A stretch of 47,831 nt of DNA from Candidatus Sumerlaeaceae bacterium (GCA_051003195.1 JBPCLP010000056.1:1-47831), one strand, 5' to 3'. Shown: positions 38,259-47,526, counted from the stretch's first letter. Translations and numbers: made by a program. Notes: generated by a model not told the origin, from the sequence alone.

Positions 38259-38321
38259 CCGTATGCAGTGGTGCCGTTGCCATACGTCCCATAGCTGGCA
38301 CAACTGCACCTTTCCCACCTC

Positions 38322-39785
38322 GTGAAAATCCTCTACATCGACGTCGATTCGCTTCGGCCCGATCATCTTGGGTGTTATGGCTACTTACGTAACACCAGTC
38401 CGAACGTCGATGCCATAGCCGCATCCGCCACGCGCTTTACCAATGTTTACGCCAGCGACGTCCCATGTCTGCCCTCGCGTACTGCCATGTGGAGCGGGCG
38501 TTGCGGCTTCAACACCGGCGTGGTCAATCATGGCGGCGTGGCCGCGCAGCCTCTCATCGAAGGCGCCAACCGCGGCTTTCGCGACAAGTTTGGTCTCACC
38601 GGCTGGATACGCGGCCTGCGCGAAATTGGCTTCCATACCGCGACCGTGAGTTCATTCGGTGAGCGGCACTCCGCATGGCACTGGTACGCTGGTTTCAATG
38701 AGGTGATGAATTGCGGCAAAGGCGGCCAGGAGCGCGCCGACGAAGTCGCGTCGATCGCAACCGAGTGGCTCGACCGCAACGCGCAACGCGAGCATTGGTT
38801 CCTGCACGTCAACTTCTGGGATCCGCACACACCCTACAACACTCCCGCAAGTTATGGTAATCCGTTTGAAAGCGAACCGCTTCCGCCATTCTATACCGAG
38901 GCGATGCGGCAGCGCTGCTGGGAAGGCTACGGGCCGCACAGCGCGCAGGAACCACACCACTACGACGACAACGAAAATTACGCCGCGCGCAACCCGCGCA
39001 TGCCCCGACAGATCGATTGCACGGACTCCATGCGCAAGTGGATCGACGGCTACGATACCGGGATTCGGTACTTCGACGATCATCTCGGGCAGCTCGTCGA
39101 GCGGCTGCAGTCGCATGGCGTATGGGACGACACCGCGATCATCATCACCGCCGACCACGGCGAAAACCTGGGTGAGCTAAACATCTGGGGCGATCATCAG
39201 ACCGCCGACCAGATCACCTGCAATGTTCCACTCGTTGTGCGCTGGCCCGGTGTTACAGACCGTGCCGCGGTGGATGAAACGCTGCACTACCAGTTCGACT
39301 GGGCCGCCACCATGCTGGAGCTACTGGGAGGCGAAGTCCCTCTCAACTGGGACGGACGGTCGTTCGCCCCGGACTTCCTCGCGCAAACACCCAGCGGGCG
39401 CGATTACCTGGTCCTGAGCCAGGGCGCCTGGTCTGTGCAGCGATCGGTGCGGTTCGACAAATACCTGTGCATCTGGTCCTACCACACCGGCTTCAAGCAG
39501 GTTGATCCCATCATGCTGTTCGACCTGAAGGCCGATCCGCACGAGGAGAACAACCTTGCAGGCAGCCGGCCGCAGGTAGTCAGTGCGGCCGCGGAACGGC
39601 TGGCCGACTGGACCAATGCGCAGATCATCCGCTCGCCGCACAACGTAGACCCTCTACGAACCGTGTTGCTCGAAGGCGGACCGTACCACTGCCGGACAGA
39701 ACTGCCCGAATACCTTGCCCGCCTGCGCCAGACCGGGCGTGCCCACCACGCCGACTTCTTAACGCAGCAGTACCCCGGCGCCTGA
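38322..39785 (+). CDS. Cys-type sulfatase, cytoplasmic
   Basis: DSLRPDHL, CLPSR, DPHTPY, ADHGE, LFDLKADPHE. Confidence 0.93.
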   Translation: MKILYIDVDSLRPDHLGCYGYLRNTSPNVDAIAASATRFTNVYASDVPCLPSRTAMWSGRCGFNTGVVNHGGVAAQPLIEGANRGFRDKFGLTGWIRGLREIGFHTATVSSFGERHSAWHWYAGFNEVMNCGKGGQERADEVASIATEWLDRNAQREHWFLHVNFWDPHTPYNTPASYGNPFESEPLPPFYTEAMRQRCWEGYGPHSAQEPHHYDDNENYAARNPRMPRQIDCTDSMRKWIDGYDTGIRYFDDHLGQLVERLQSHGVWDDTAIIITADHGENLGELNIWGDHQTADQITCNVPLVVRWPGVTDRAAVDETLHYQFDWAATMLELLGGEVPLNWDGRSFAPDFLAQTPSGRDYLVLSQGAWSVQRSVRFDKYLCIWSYHTGFKQVDPIMLFDLKADPHEENNLAGSRPQVVSAAAERLADWTNAQIIRSPHNVDPLRTVLLEGGPYHCRTELPEYLARLRQTGRAHHADFLTQQYPGA

Positions 39786-39803
39786 ACCACCACCCAATCC
39801 ACC

Positions 39804-40292
39804 CTACTCCGTTTTGGTGGTACTCGTCTTCTTCTCCTTGAATTCCTGCATCTGTGCCTGGAGCTTCGCCGCGAATTCCTTCTTCTGCTCTTCGTTCAGA
39901 ACTCCGTCTATCTGCGCCTTCGTCTCGTCATTGATGGGCTGAATCTTACCGCGCATTTCTTTACGCGCCTGCTTTTTGTCGGCCGTGCCGGACGCATCGC
40001 CGCTGCTCTTGCGCACATCCTTCATCTTCGCGTTGTAGGCGTCCTTCAAGTCGTCCAGTTTCGCACTCTGCTCTGTCGTCAGTGCGCTCACGCTTTCCGC
40101 AGCCTTAAACAATGGGCCGCCTTCTCCGCGCTGCGCTTTTTTCGCGGCCTTGTCAGCCCTTCCGGATTTCCCGAGGATTGCGGCCGCCGCCGACGCGGTC
40201 GTTGCCTCCTCTGCTTTCGCGTTCTGTGTATAAAACCAGATGCCGCCGCCCGCAACAACCATAACCGCCGCTGCAATGAGACTCTTCTTCAT
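39804..40292 (-). CDS. Secreted helical protein (Spy/CpxP-like LTxEQ repeats)
   Basis: MKKSLIAAAV signal; LTTEQ and LNEEQ. Confidence 0.75.
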   Translation of the reverse strand: MKKSLIAAAVMVVAGGGIWFYTQNAKAEEATTASAAAAILGKSGRADKAAKKAQRGEGGPLFKAAESVSALTTEQSAKLDDLKDAYNAKMKDVRKSSGDASGTADKKQARKEMRGKIQPINDETKAQIDGVLNEEQKKEFAAKLQAQMQEFKEKKTSTTKTE

Positions 40293-40555
40293 AAAGGACC
40301 TTTCGAATGTATTCCACGGCCTGTCGTGCAAGCGCTGTTCCGCGCACGCAAATGCAATTCCGCCACTTCTAAGTGCAATCCCGACAAACAAACCTGATGC
40401 CGCCAGCGCGCCGCCAGGTCCCCAAATTGGTCGAACCAGTTCCTCAAGCGTACCATATCGTCAGATGACCAGGCCGCTGCGTGGAATTTTCTAGTCACCT
40501 GAAAATCCCGGCCCCGTGATAGGCGCCATCTGTTCCAACATCGGGAGCGCCATTC

Positions 40556-40593
40556 GTGAGCTACATTCTTGCGCTGGACCAGGAAAGTCATAG
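40556..40593 (+). pseudogene. glpK: glpK deletion scar (first nine codons of glycerol kinase)
   Basis: GGGAG RBS then MSYILALDQ, the GlpK start motif (YILALDQGTTS), broken after CAG G. Confidence 0.7.
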
Positions 40594-40621
40594 TTCCCAA
40601 CCCTCCTGTTCTCCAAACTCC

Positions 40622-42187
40622 ATGAATCGCACCCAATCCCTGCAATCCCTCGAAACCTCGACCGAACCCTGGGACATCGTCATCATCGGCGGCGGAGCCA
40701 CCGGCATCGGCGTCGCCGTCGACGCCGCGTCGCGCGGCTACAAAACCCTGCTGCTCGAACAGCACGACTTCGGCAAGGGCACCTCCACCCGCAGCACCAA
40801 GCTGGCGCACGGCGGAGTCCGCTACCTGCAGCAGGGCAACATCGCCCTCGTGCTCGATGCGCTGCGCGAACGCGGGCTCATGCGCCAGAACGCCCCCCAC
40901 CTCGTGCACCCGCTGGCGTTCGTGATGCCCAACTACGACTGGTGGGGCGGCGCCTACTACGGTATTGGCTTGCGCGTGTACGACTTCATGGCCGGCAAGC
41001 TGGGTTTCGGCCGCTCCCGAAATCTCTCCCGCACGAAAACCATCGAGTGCCTTCCCACGATCGAAACCACCGGCCTGCGCGGCGGTGTCGTTTACTACGA
41101 CGGCCAGTTCGACGACGCCCGGCTGCTCATCAACCTCGCGCAAACCGCTGTCGAGCAGGGCGCCACGCTGCTCAACTACATGCGAGTCACCGAACTCCTC
41201 AAGGACGGTGGCCAGGTTCGCGGCGTCGTTGCCTGCGACGAGGAAAACGGCCGCGAGTATCGCATGCAGGCGCGCGTCGTCATCAACGCCACGGGCCCGT
41301 TCACCGACGCCGTTCGCCGCATGGACAACGCGCAGTCCACACCCGTGATCAGTCCCAGCCAGGGCGTACACATCGTCCTCAATCGTTCTTTCCTTCCCGG
41401 CGACTATGCACTTATGGTTCCCAAAACCGACGACGGCCGGGTGCTGTTCGCCATCCCGTGGCACGACTGCGTCGTCGTCGGCACGACCGACACACCGATC
41501 GCCAAGGTTTTGCTCGAAGCCCGCGCCATGAAGGAGGAACTCGACTTCCTTCTCACGCACGCCGCGCGCTACCTGACCAGGGACCCCACCCCTGCCGATG
41601 TGCTCAGCGTGTTCGTCGGCATCCGCCCGCTCGTCAAAGGAGACAAGTCGAACACCGCTTCGCTCTCGCGCGACCACAACCTCCAGATCTCCGAGACCGG
41701 CATGGTGACGATCTGCGGCGGCAAGTGGACAACCTATCGCAAGATGGCCGAGGACACCGTGAGTCGCGCGGCGGCCGCGGCCAGTCTCGCTGCGCGCCCC
41801 TGCGTGACAAGCAACATGCGCATTCATGGCTACCACGACAACGCCAGACAGTTTGGCGACCTCTCTTTTTACGGAGCCGACGCCCCCCATATCCAGGACC
41901 TTGTGCGTACCGAACCCGATCTCGCCCAGCGCCTGCACCCAGGTCGCCCGTACACCGCGGCGCAGGTCGCCTGGGCGGTCCGCCACGAGATGGCGCGCAC
42001 CGTCGAGGACTTCCTCTCGCGCCGCACTCGCGCGCTCATCCTCGGCGCGCGCATGAGCGTCGAGATGGCCCCGGCCGTCGCGCGCATCATGGCGAAGGAA
42101 CTTGGCCAGGACGAAGCATGGCAGCGTGAACAGGTCCAGGCCTACACGGCGCTGGCCGCCGGCTACATGATGCCACAAGCTTCCTAA
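40622..42187 (+). CDS. glpD: FAD-dependent glycerol-3-phosphate dehydrogenase
   Basis: IIGGGATG, GTSTRSTKLAHGGVRYL, DGQFDDARL, NATGPF, SRDH, GGKWTTYR, EDFLSRRTR. Confidence 0.95.
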   Translation: MNRTQSLQSLETSTEPWDIVIIGGGATGIGVAVDAASRGYKTLLLEQHDFGKGTSTRSTKLAHGGVRYLQQGNIALVLDALRERGLMRQNAPHLVHPLAFVMPNYDWWGGAYYGIGLRVYDFMAGKLGFGRSRNLSRTKTIECLPTIETTGLRGGVVYYDGQFDDARLLINLAQTAVEQGATLLNYMRVTELLKDGGQVRGVVACDEENGREYRMQARVVINATGPFTDAVRRMDNAQSTPVISPSQGVHIVLNRSFLPGDYALMVPKTDDGRVLFAIPWHDCVVVGTTDTPIAKVLLEARAMKEELDFLLTHAARYLTRDPTPADVLSVFVGIRPLVKGDKSNTASLSRDHNLQISETGMVTICGGKWTTYRKMAEDTVSRAAAAASLAARPCVTSNMRIHGYHDNARQFGDLSFYGADAPHIQDLVRTEPDLAQRLHPGRPYTAAQVAWAVRHEMARTVEDFLSRRTRALILGARMSVEMAPAVARIMAKELGQDEAWQREQVQAYTALAAGYMMPQAS

Positions 42188-42201
42188 AGTATAGCTGTGC
42201 A

Positions 42202-43992
42202 TCAGCTGCCCGGGTCGCGCACCTCATCCGTGCAGCGCGAGGTCTCCGAGGCACGCGTCGCAGCTTTTCGAAATGTTACGGCAACCGCGATGGCGAACAT
42301 GGCCAGGCCGGCAGCGATGACCAGCACGGCAGAAGGTATTATGACCGCTTTCATCCGGAGATAGATCCAGCCAATGAGTACGGCGTGTGCGATGGCGAGC
42401 AGCTGGTAGCTGCGCAGGCGAAGCAGGAATCCAGTGATTAATAAGAATGCTGCCTCGGTTAGTGCGGTGGTGGCGGCCAGGCGGGTTTCGAGCACGAGGA
42501 AACGGTGGGCTGACATGGCAACGACGACGGCTAGCGCAAGCAGGCGCTGCAGGTGCTCGCGTGTATCTCCGAAACGATGGGAGAGAACAACGCCGAGGAT
42601 GATGAACGCCTGCAGCGCCTCAGAGAATAGTCCACCAGGCGGCTTTGGCAGTCCGGCAGATGCATAGAGGATGAGCAATGTCCCGGCGATGGCATATCGG
42701 ATGTACGTTGCTTTGCGCAGCGCGAACACGATGGCAATTGCGGCCGCGATGCCAAACAGCCAGCCGGGGTGCGCCGCTAACAGGCGTACGAACCATTCGG
42801 CGTGGTGTTCGCCGCGATCAAAGGCTCTGCCGATGGCGCCGGTCTTCCAGATCCATCGAACAATTCCCAGGCATGCAAGCGCAGCGATGTGCCACAACGC
42901 CGCCGCCGAGCGCGTGCGGGCCCAGAGCAAAAGGTACATCGCGCAGATGCCGGCGACCGTGATGACCATCGGCCAGCTGGTAAGCATGAGCGTCGGCTGT
43001 GCGTGGGGCGGTCGGCGCATGTCCACTGCGTCGGGCACGTTGAAGTTGTCGAGCGACAGGCAGATGACGATGATCGCGATCACGTTCATGAGGATGAGTC
43101 GGTCGGCCACGGTGCGTCCGCGGGTGGCATTGTTTGCCAGCACAGCGGAGATGGCGAGGAGTACCGGTGCGACAAAAACCGGGAAGAACGGAATCGTGTA
43201 AACGCGCGAGCTCTCGATGTAGTGGTTGGCGGCGATGATCAGCGGCAGAGCGGCCCAGAAGCGCGGCAGCCATCGGCGCTGGGAGTCGCTGGCATAGCGA
43301 GGCGTTGGCTCATCGATCGACGCGATGCTGCGCAGCGGCGGGAGTATCACTGCGACTGCGAGCAGCAGCCAGCCCAGCAGCATGTAGTTTCCGTGCATGG
43401 TGAGAGCAGGCTGCTTCTGCATGAGCAGGAACGGTGCGAGGTAGAGCAGCGCTGCCGCGCCGAGAAACGCCGTCCATGCGCCGGGTGTTGGACGCACCCG
43501 CAGAAAGCGCTGCAGGATAAGCAGTTTGATGGGGCAGAGGATGAAGCAGACCGCGTTGATCCAGAGCCCACGTCCGTCGCTGATGGTACCAAGAGAATTG
43601 CTGAAAAAAGTGGGATCGAGCAGCAGTGCACATTCGACGAGGAAGAGCGTGAAGGCGTCGCCGAGGAACCGCAGCTTGCGGACGATCACGACCGCGGTTG
43701 CTATGACGAGCAGTTCATACGCCTGCAAAATCCCGAGGCTGATGGTGGTGCGCATCAGCTCGGAGCCAGTGATCATGACCGAGCGGACGAGCTGGTGGCA
43801 TCCGATCACCATCAGGATGCCGCTGAGAACGTAGAACCAGTTCCCTTCAATAAACGTGCGGGCGAGCTGGGTGCCGACGGGAGGCCGCGCAACCGGCGGC
43901 TGCTGCGCGGGCATTGGTGGAAGGCCGGGCAGCTGCGTCGGTGGTGGTTCCGGGCGCTGGGCAGGAATTCCGAATTCGTCAGAGGAGGACAT
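42202..43992 (-). CDS. Large polytopic membrane protein
   Basis: 596 aa; Pro-rich N-terminus, GNWFYVLSG, many TM segments. Confidence 0.85.
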   Translation of the reverse strand: MSSSDEFGIPAQRPEPPPTQLPGLPPMPAQQPPVARPPVGTQLARTFIEGNWFYVLSGILMVIGCHQLVRSVMITGSELMRTTISLGILQAYELLVIATAVVIVRKLRFLGDAFTLFLVECALLLDPTFFSNSLGTISDGRGLWINAVCFILCPIKLLILQRFLRVRPTPGAWTAFLGAAALLYLAPFLLMQKQPALTMHGNYMLLGWLLLAVAVILPPLRSIASIDEPTPRYASDSQRRWLPRFWAALPLIIAANHYIESSRVYTIPFFPVFVAPVLLAISAVLANNATRGRTVADRLILMNVIAIIVICLSLDNFNVPDAVDMRRPPHAQPTLMLTSWPMVITVAGICAMYLLLWARTRSAAALWHIAALACLGIVRWIWKTGAIGRAFDRGEHHAEWFVRLLAAHPGWLFGIAAAIAIVFALRKATYIRYAIAGTLLILYASAGLPKPPGGLFSEALQAFIILGVVLSHRFGDTREHLQRLLALAVVVAMSAHRFLVLETRLAATTALTEAAFLLITGFLLRLRSYQLLAIAHAVLIGWIYLRMKAVIIPSAVLVIAAGLAMFAIAVAVTFRKAATRASETSRCTDEVRDPGS

Positions 43993-44063
43993 CAGCTGCC
44001 ATCCTTTGGTTGCATTCTGTTTTCAATGCACATATGGTTTATGACAGTCACTGGAAATCGACG

Positions 44064-44789
44064 ATGAGCGATGAAGCGCCCCCAAGAGATAACGCGCCGC
44101 AAGAGGCCGGCACGAGTGCGGAAGATTATGCGGCGGCGGAGCGCGCGGAAATTGCTGATAATAATACGGGCGGGACTGTTCCACCAGGATCAAAGCCGGA
44201 ACATTATCGTACGCCGTTGCAGCCGATCCATTTTCTGATCGTCGCGTTTATTGTGAGTGTGTTCGGCTACGCGGGCTCCGGTATGAAAAAAGGAAATCGG
44301 GAGGTTGGGGTCCGGGCGCAAAACTCGCGCGTTCGAAACGACCAGCGTGTTCTGGCCACAGGACTGGAGAGCTACTACGTGGAGAGCAACAGCTATCCCG
44401 CAAGCCGTCCGCTTGCGGAAGCGGCAGGACTTGTCCGTCTTGATCTGCAAAGTGCCGTCGCGAGACGCCTGAAAGAGCTTGGACGTGACGACCTGCATGC
44501 CGTCCAGACATCCGGCACTTCGCTTGAATTGAGCAGTGGAACGGTCATTCTGCAAAACGCACTGTATACGGATCCATTTGCGCCGCAGTGGGGCACACCA
44601 ATGGTGTATTACTCAGATGGCCCGGCTTGGGTGCTGGTTTCTGCCGGCCCAGATCAGGACTATGATATGGTCCCAGCGCGCGATTACGTGAGCAGCGTTA
44701 CGCAACCCAGCGCGCGCTTGTTGCAGTTGGCGTATGATCCAACGAATGGCACGGTGAGCGATGGCGACATCTGGCGTGTGAAGCAGTAG
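44064..44789 (+). CDS. Pilin-like YDPTNG protein lacking a prepilin cleavage motif
   Basis: Acidic N-terminal tail, TM, RAQNSRVRNDQRVLATGLESYYVESNSYP, DPF, SAGPD, YDPTNGTVSDGDI. Confidence 0.85.
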   Translation: MSDEAPPRDNAPQEAGTSAEDYAAAERAEIADNNTGGTVPPGSKPEHYRTPLQPIHFLIVAFIVSVFGYAGSGMKKGNREVGVRAQNSRVRNDQRVLATGLESYYVESNSYPASRPLAEAAGLVRLDLQSAVARRLKELGRDDLHAVQTSGTSLELSSGTVILQNALYTDPFAPQWGTPMVYYSDGPAWVLVSAGPDQDYDMVPARDYVSSVTQPSARLLQLAYDPTNGTVSDGDIWRVKQ

Positions 44790-44910
44790 TTTGCGATTGT
44801 CTCGAACGTCAATGCAGGCGCTGCTAATAAGCTAACGAATGCCTTGCCGTTCGAAGGGCCTGTCCTTTGTTTTCGTTTGTTCACGTTCGCTGAAACAACG
44901 AAGCATTAAT

Positions 44911-44931
44911 GCGTGCCTGTCCCCGAGTTTC
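44911..44931 (+). repeat. RAYT-type REP-like gcgtgcctgtccccgagttt
   Basis: Same class as cgtccccgaatt at 1792; abuts the glpD duplicate. Confidence 0.55.
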
Positions 44932-44932
44932 C

Positions 44933-45139
44933 GTCCGCCACGAGATGGCGCGCACCGTCGAGGACTTCCTCTCGCGCCGCACTCGCGCGCTCATCCTCGG
45001 CGCGCGCATGAGCGTCGAGATGGCCCCGGCCGTCGCGCGTATCATGGCGAAGGAACTTGGCCAGGACGAAGCATGGCAGCGTGAACAGGTGCGGGCCTAC
45101 GCTGCGCTTGCGGCCGGCTACATGATGCCATTGGCCTAA
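44933..45139 (+). pseudogene. Duplicated 3' end of glpD
   Basis: One mismatch over the first 158 bp versus 41978-42135, then a diverged tail. Confidence 0.95.
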
Positions 45140-45145
45140 AGAACT

Positions 45146-45745
45146 CTACGGTCCCGAGCGAAGAATGTTGCCGATGCTCAGCGTCCCGTTGGTCGGGTCA
45201 TAGCGCGGATACTGCCAGTACGTCTCGCTGCCGCCGTCGCGTCCCAGGTCCGGCCCGTAGCTTTGCATCATCCACTCCATGTGCATATTGTCCGGGTTGT
45301 TCCCCTGGAAAAACGGAATCTCGTTGGGGCGCGTCGGGTCGTTTTTAGCAACGTAATGGTAGGTGTGCGGCTGCAGTTGGTTGAGTGGGTCCGTGCCGGG
45401 ATCGAAAATGTCGTTTGGCAGCGAGGTGATGTACGCAATCGGCGTCGTGATGCGCACCAGGCGCACCGCGTTCGGGATGAAGAAATCCCCCCATGCGCTC
45501 ACCCGTTCCGCGCCCACCCAGTTCTCGGGTGGATACTGGTTGTGGTCGACGCGGTAGCTCTCGATTGCGGTCCCGATGGCGCGCAGGTCGTTGTGCGCCC
45601 GGCTCACCTTCGCGCGCGTCTGCGCCTCCAGGAAGTTCGGAATCGCAATTGCCGCGAGGATCACAATAATCGCGACCACCATCAGCAGTTCGATCAGCGT
45701 AAACGCTCTGCGGTTCAACTTCCGGCTCACCGCTGCACCCTGCAC
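45146..45745 (-). CDS. Prepilin-type N-terminal cleavage/methylation protein, YDPTNG family
   Basis: RRA|FTLIELL, PNFLEAQTRAKVSR, ITTPIAYI, SYGPD, YDPTNGTLSIGNI; start may be GTG 45730. Confidence 0.92.
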   Translation of the reverse strand: MQGAAVSRKLNRRAFTLIELLMVVAIIVILAAIAIPNFLEAQTRAKVSRAHNDLRAIGTAIESYRVDHNQYPPENWVGAERVSAWGDFFIPNAVRLVRITTPIAYITSLPNDIFDPGTDPLNQLQPHTYHYVAKNDPTRPNEIPFFQGNNPDNMHMEWMMQSYGPDLGRDGGSETYWQYPRYDPTNGTLSIGNILRSGP

Positions 45746-45907
45746 TGCACAGACCCGCCGTCAAGACGGAGATCCCGCGGACGCTCTGGTTTTCCTCCGC
45801 GATTTCCTCGTTCACGTAGCCCATATAGCGTAACGTCTGCCCCACGACCTGGTCGCTGGGGCGACCCTTCTTGACTTCTCCTCCGTCTTCTCGGGGTTAA
45901 TAGTTCT

Positions 45908-45950
45908 GGGGTCAGCTCCGCAATTATTCTTAACGATCGGGAGCTCTCCA
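45908..45950. repeat. REP doublet ggggtcagctccc ... atcgggagctctcc
   Basis: Inverted pair of the motif also at 1897 and 46543. Confidence 0.7.
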
Positions 45951-45955
45951 CCAAT

Positions 45956-46399
45956 CTACGGCGACGTCTCACGCGGCCTGCGGAATTCCGCCTTAATCGG
46001 TGGCAGGAACAGGATGGCAAGCAGCGCGCCATTATACATCTCAGCGGCACTGGCGACCATTGTGCCAATCGGGGGCGAAATGGTGGTCCCGAAGACCAGG
46101 CACACCAACAGTAGCGCCAACGAGCTGAAGGTAAAGAGGACCCTTGCCCAGTCTCGAAACCAATAAAGCCCGACCAGGGCGACCAGCCACCCAGCGCACA
46201 GCAACCCGGCCGCGCTGATTACAAGGTATGGATAAGATTCCGCCAGGGAATCCGTCAGCTCGATATCTGCAACCTCCGGCGGCACCGGCTCCCAAAAGGC
46301 AATGAGAACGACCAGGACGATAAGGAATATAAAGCCGGTAAGAAGCCAGCGGAAGGTGCGGCGGTTTAGCCAATTATCCAGTGCAGATCCTCCTGCCAT
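45956..46399 (-). CDS. Four-TM membrane protein
   Basis: 147 aa; GLYWFRDWARVLF; REP-like motifs on both sides. Confidence 0.8.
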   Translation of the reverse strand: MAGGSALDNWLNRRTFRWLLTGFIFLIVLVVLIAFWEPVPPEVADIELTDSLAESYPYLVISAAGLLCAGWLVALVGLYWFRDWARVLFTFSSLALLLVCLVFGTTISPPIGTMVASAAEMYNGALLAILFLPPIKAEFRRPRETSP

Positions 46400-46542
46400 T
46401 CGGGACAGCTCCCGAACCCAATATTGTGCAACGGCTTCAAATTACCCGGATCGAAAACCCCTCACCTAAGCCGTATGGAGACGTCAGGCAAGACCAGAGT
46501 TTAAACAGAACTGCAGCTTTTTTGACTTCCTCATTGAGATCA

Positions 46543-46642
46543 GGGGTCAGCTCCCGATCAGTTTCTTTTCAATGGCCGCGGCTGCCCGGCGACTGGTGCC
46601 GAAACGCGTGCATTTTAAGTAGCCGGTAGGGTCTGTAAGGGG
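46543..46642 (-). repeat. Inverted copy of the 1811-1909 repeat
   Basis: Direct alignment. Confidence 0.85.
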
Positions 46643-46768
46643 CGCTGCGGGAATACCATTGTCCAAAAGCCTGTGTTACACAGGTCGTCATAATGATAAT
46701 AAAACAAACGCAGTTTCCCGACCCCGAACGCAGCGCGAGCGCCGCCGCAATCGCCGCCGCCGACCCTC

Positions 46769-46791
46769 GTGGCGCAGGCGTCTCGCCTGCG
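46769..46791 (+). repeat. REP palindrome gtggcgcaggcgtctcgcctgcg
   Basis: Hairpin cgcaggcg-tct-cgcctgcg; identical to the valS-internal copy. Confidence 0.8.
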
Positions 46792-46925
46792 ATTGACGGG
46801 TTCCAGCAAATAACCGAAGGCAACAGCCCGGCCCAACTCCGCCGCTTCAGTTTCATCAGCACCAGCAGCCTCCGCGAAACCTTCAACCGCCGCGTCCTTC
46901 AACTACACATATGCAACGCACCGGG

Positions 46926-46945
46926 GGCGGGCATTCCTGCCCGCC
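46926..46945 (+). repeat. REP palindrome ggcgggcattcctgcccgcc
   Basis: 8-bp stem, 4-nt loop. Confidence 0.7.
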
Positions 46946-47069
46946 TTGAAGACGCACCAGAGCCCATGCTCTCCCTCGCCTTCATCACTCCCTTGCCATA
47001 GAAGAAGACACCCGAGCGGAAATGCACGGTCGAAGACGAACTGGAACCCGAGTAAACCATTACAGAAAC

Positions 47070-47441
47070 ATTACCGCTATTCAAGTGGCGAAATTACCAA
47101 CTTGAACTTGAAAGCACAAAGGAGACATTTTGATGACCCTGGCAACGCAACCCGCCGTGCCTTGCCGCCGACGATTCCGAGTCCGGCTTGTACTCCGCAA
47201 TCCGCACTCGAAAGTACTCCGAAATCCGCAATCCGCACTCCGCACTCGATCTGGAGCCCGCATGATCTGAACATTACGGAAATCAAAGGGCGAAATACCC
47301 CCGATCGGCCTGTTTGATTTAAATCGTGAAATGCCAATGAGCGACGCCAATTCTTTGATTAGCTTTGATTAGCTTTGATTAGCTTTGATTAGCTTTGATT
47401 AGGTTTTGATTGAGGCTCGGCGCTGGTTTTGAAGTGCGTGC
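47070..47441 (+). repeat. Bipartite hairpin/tandem-repeat element, copy 2
   Basis: Module A' 47070-47115 (internally deleted); module B' 47261-47419 with CTTTGATTAG x5 (47353-47402). Confidence 0.88.
47193..47248 (+). repeat. Heptameric (A/C)TCCGCA repeat tract
   Basis: ctccgca atccgca ctcg...atccgca atccgca ctccgca ctcg. Confidence 0.75.
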
Positions 47442-47526
47442 CGCTTGCCTGCCGCCGCTTTGGGGAGCGCAAGGCTCGAGTCATTTGCCCGGGGGCTTCC
47501 AGGACTGATTTGAGTCTTCTTCTCGC

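Noticed and set aside
40289..42202. 637-aa minus-strand ORF and 395-aa alternate-frame ORF (40942-42129)
   Set aside because: Shadow frames of GC-rich glpD with no recognisable motifs
42802..44067. 421-aa plus-strand ORF
   Set aside because: Antisense shadow of the membrane-protein gene
41978..45139. glpD or fic tail duplicates as DGR TR/VR pairs
   Set aside because: Mismatches are not adenine-specific on either strand, and there is no reverse transcriptase in the window
46693..47001. 102-aa ORF containing two REP palindromes
   Set aside because: No recognisable domain, and part of it is repeat-derived; cannot be supported as a gene
47353..47402. CTTTGATTAG x5 as a CRISPR array
   Set aside because: 10-bp units with no spacers and no cas genes
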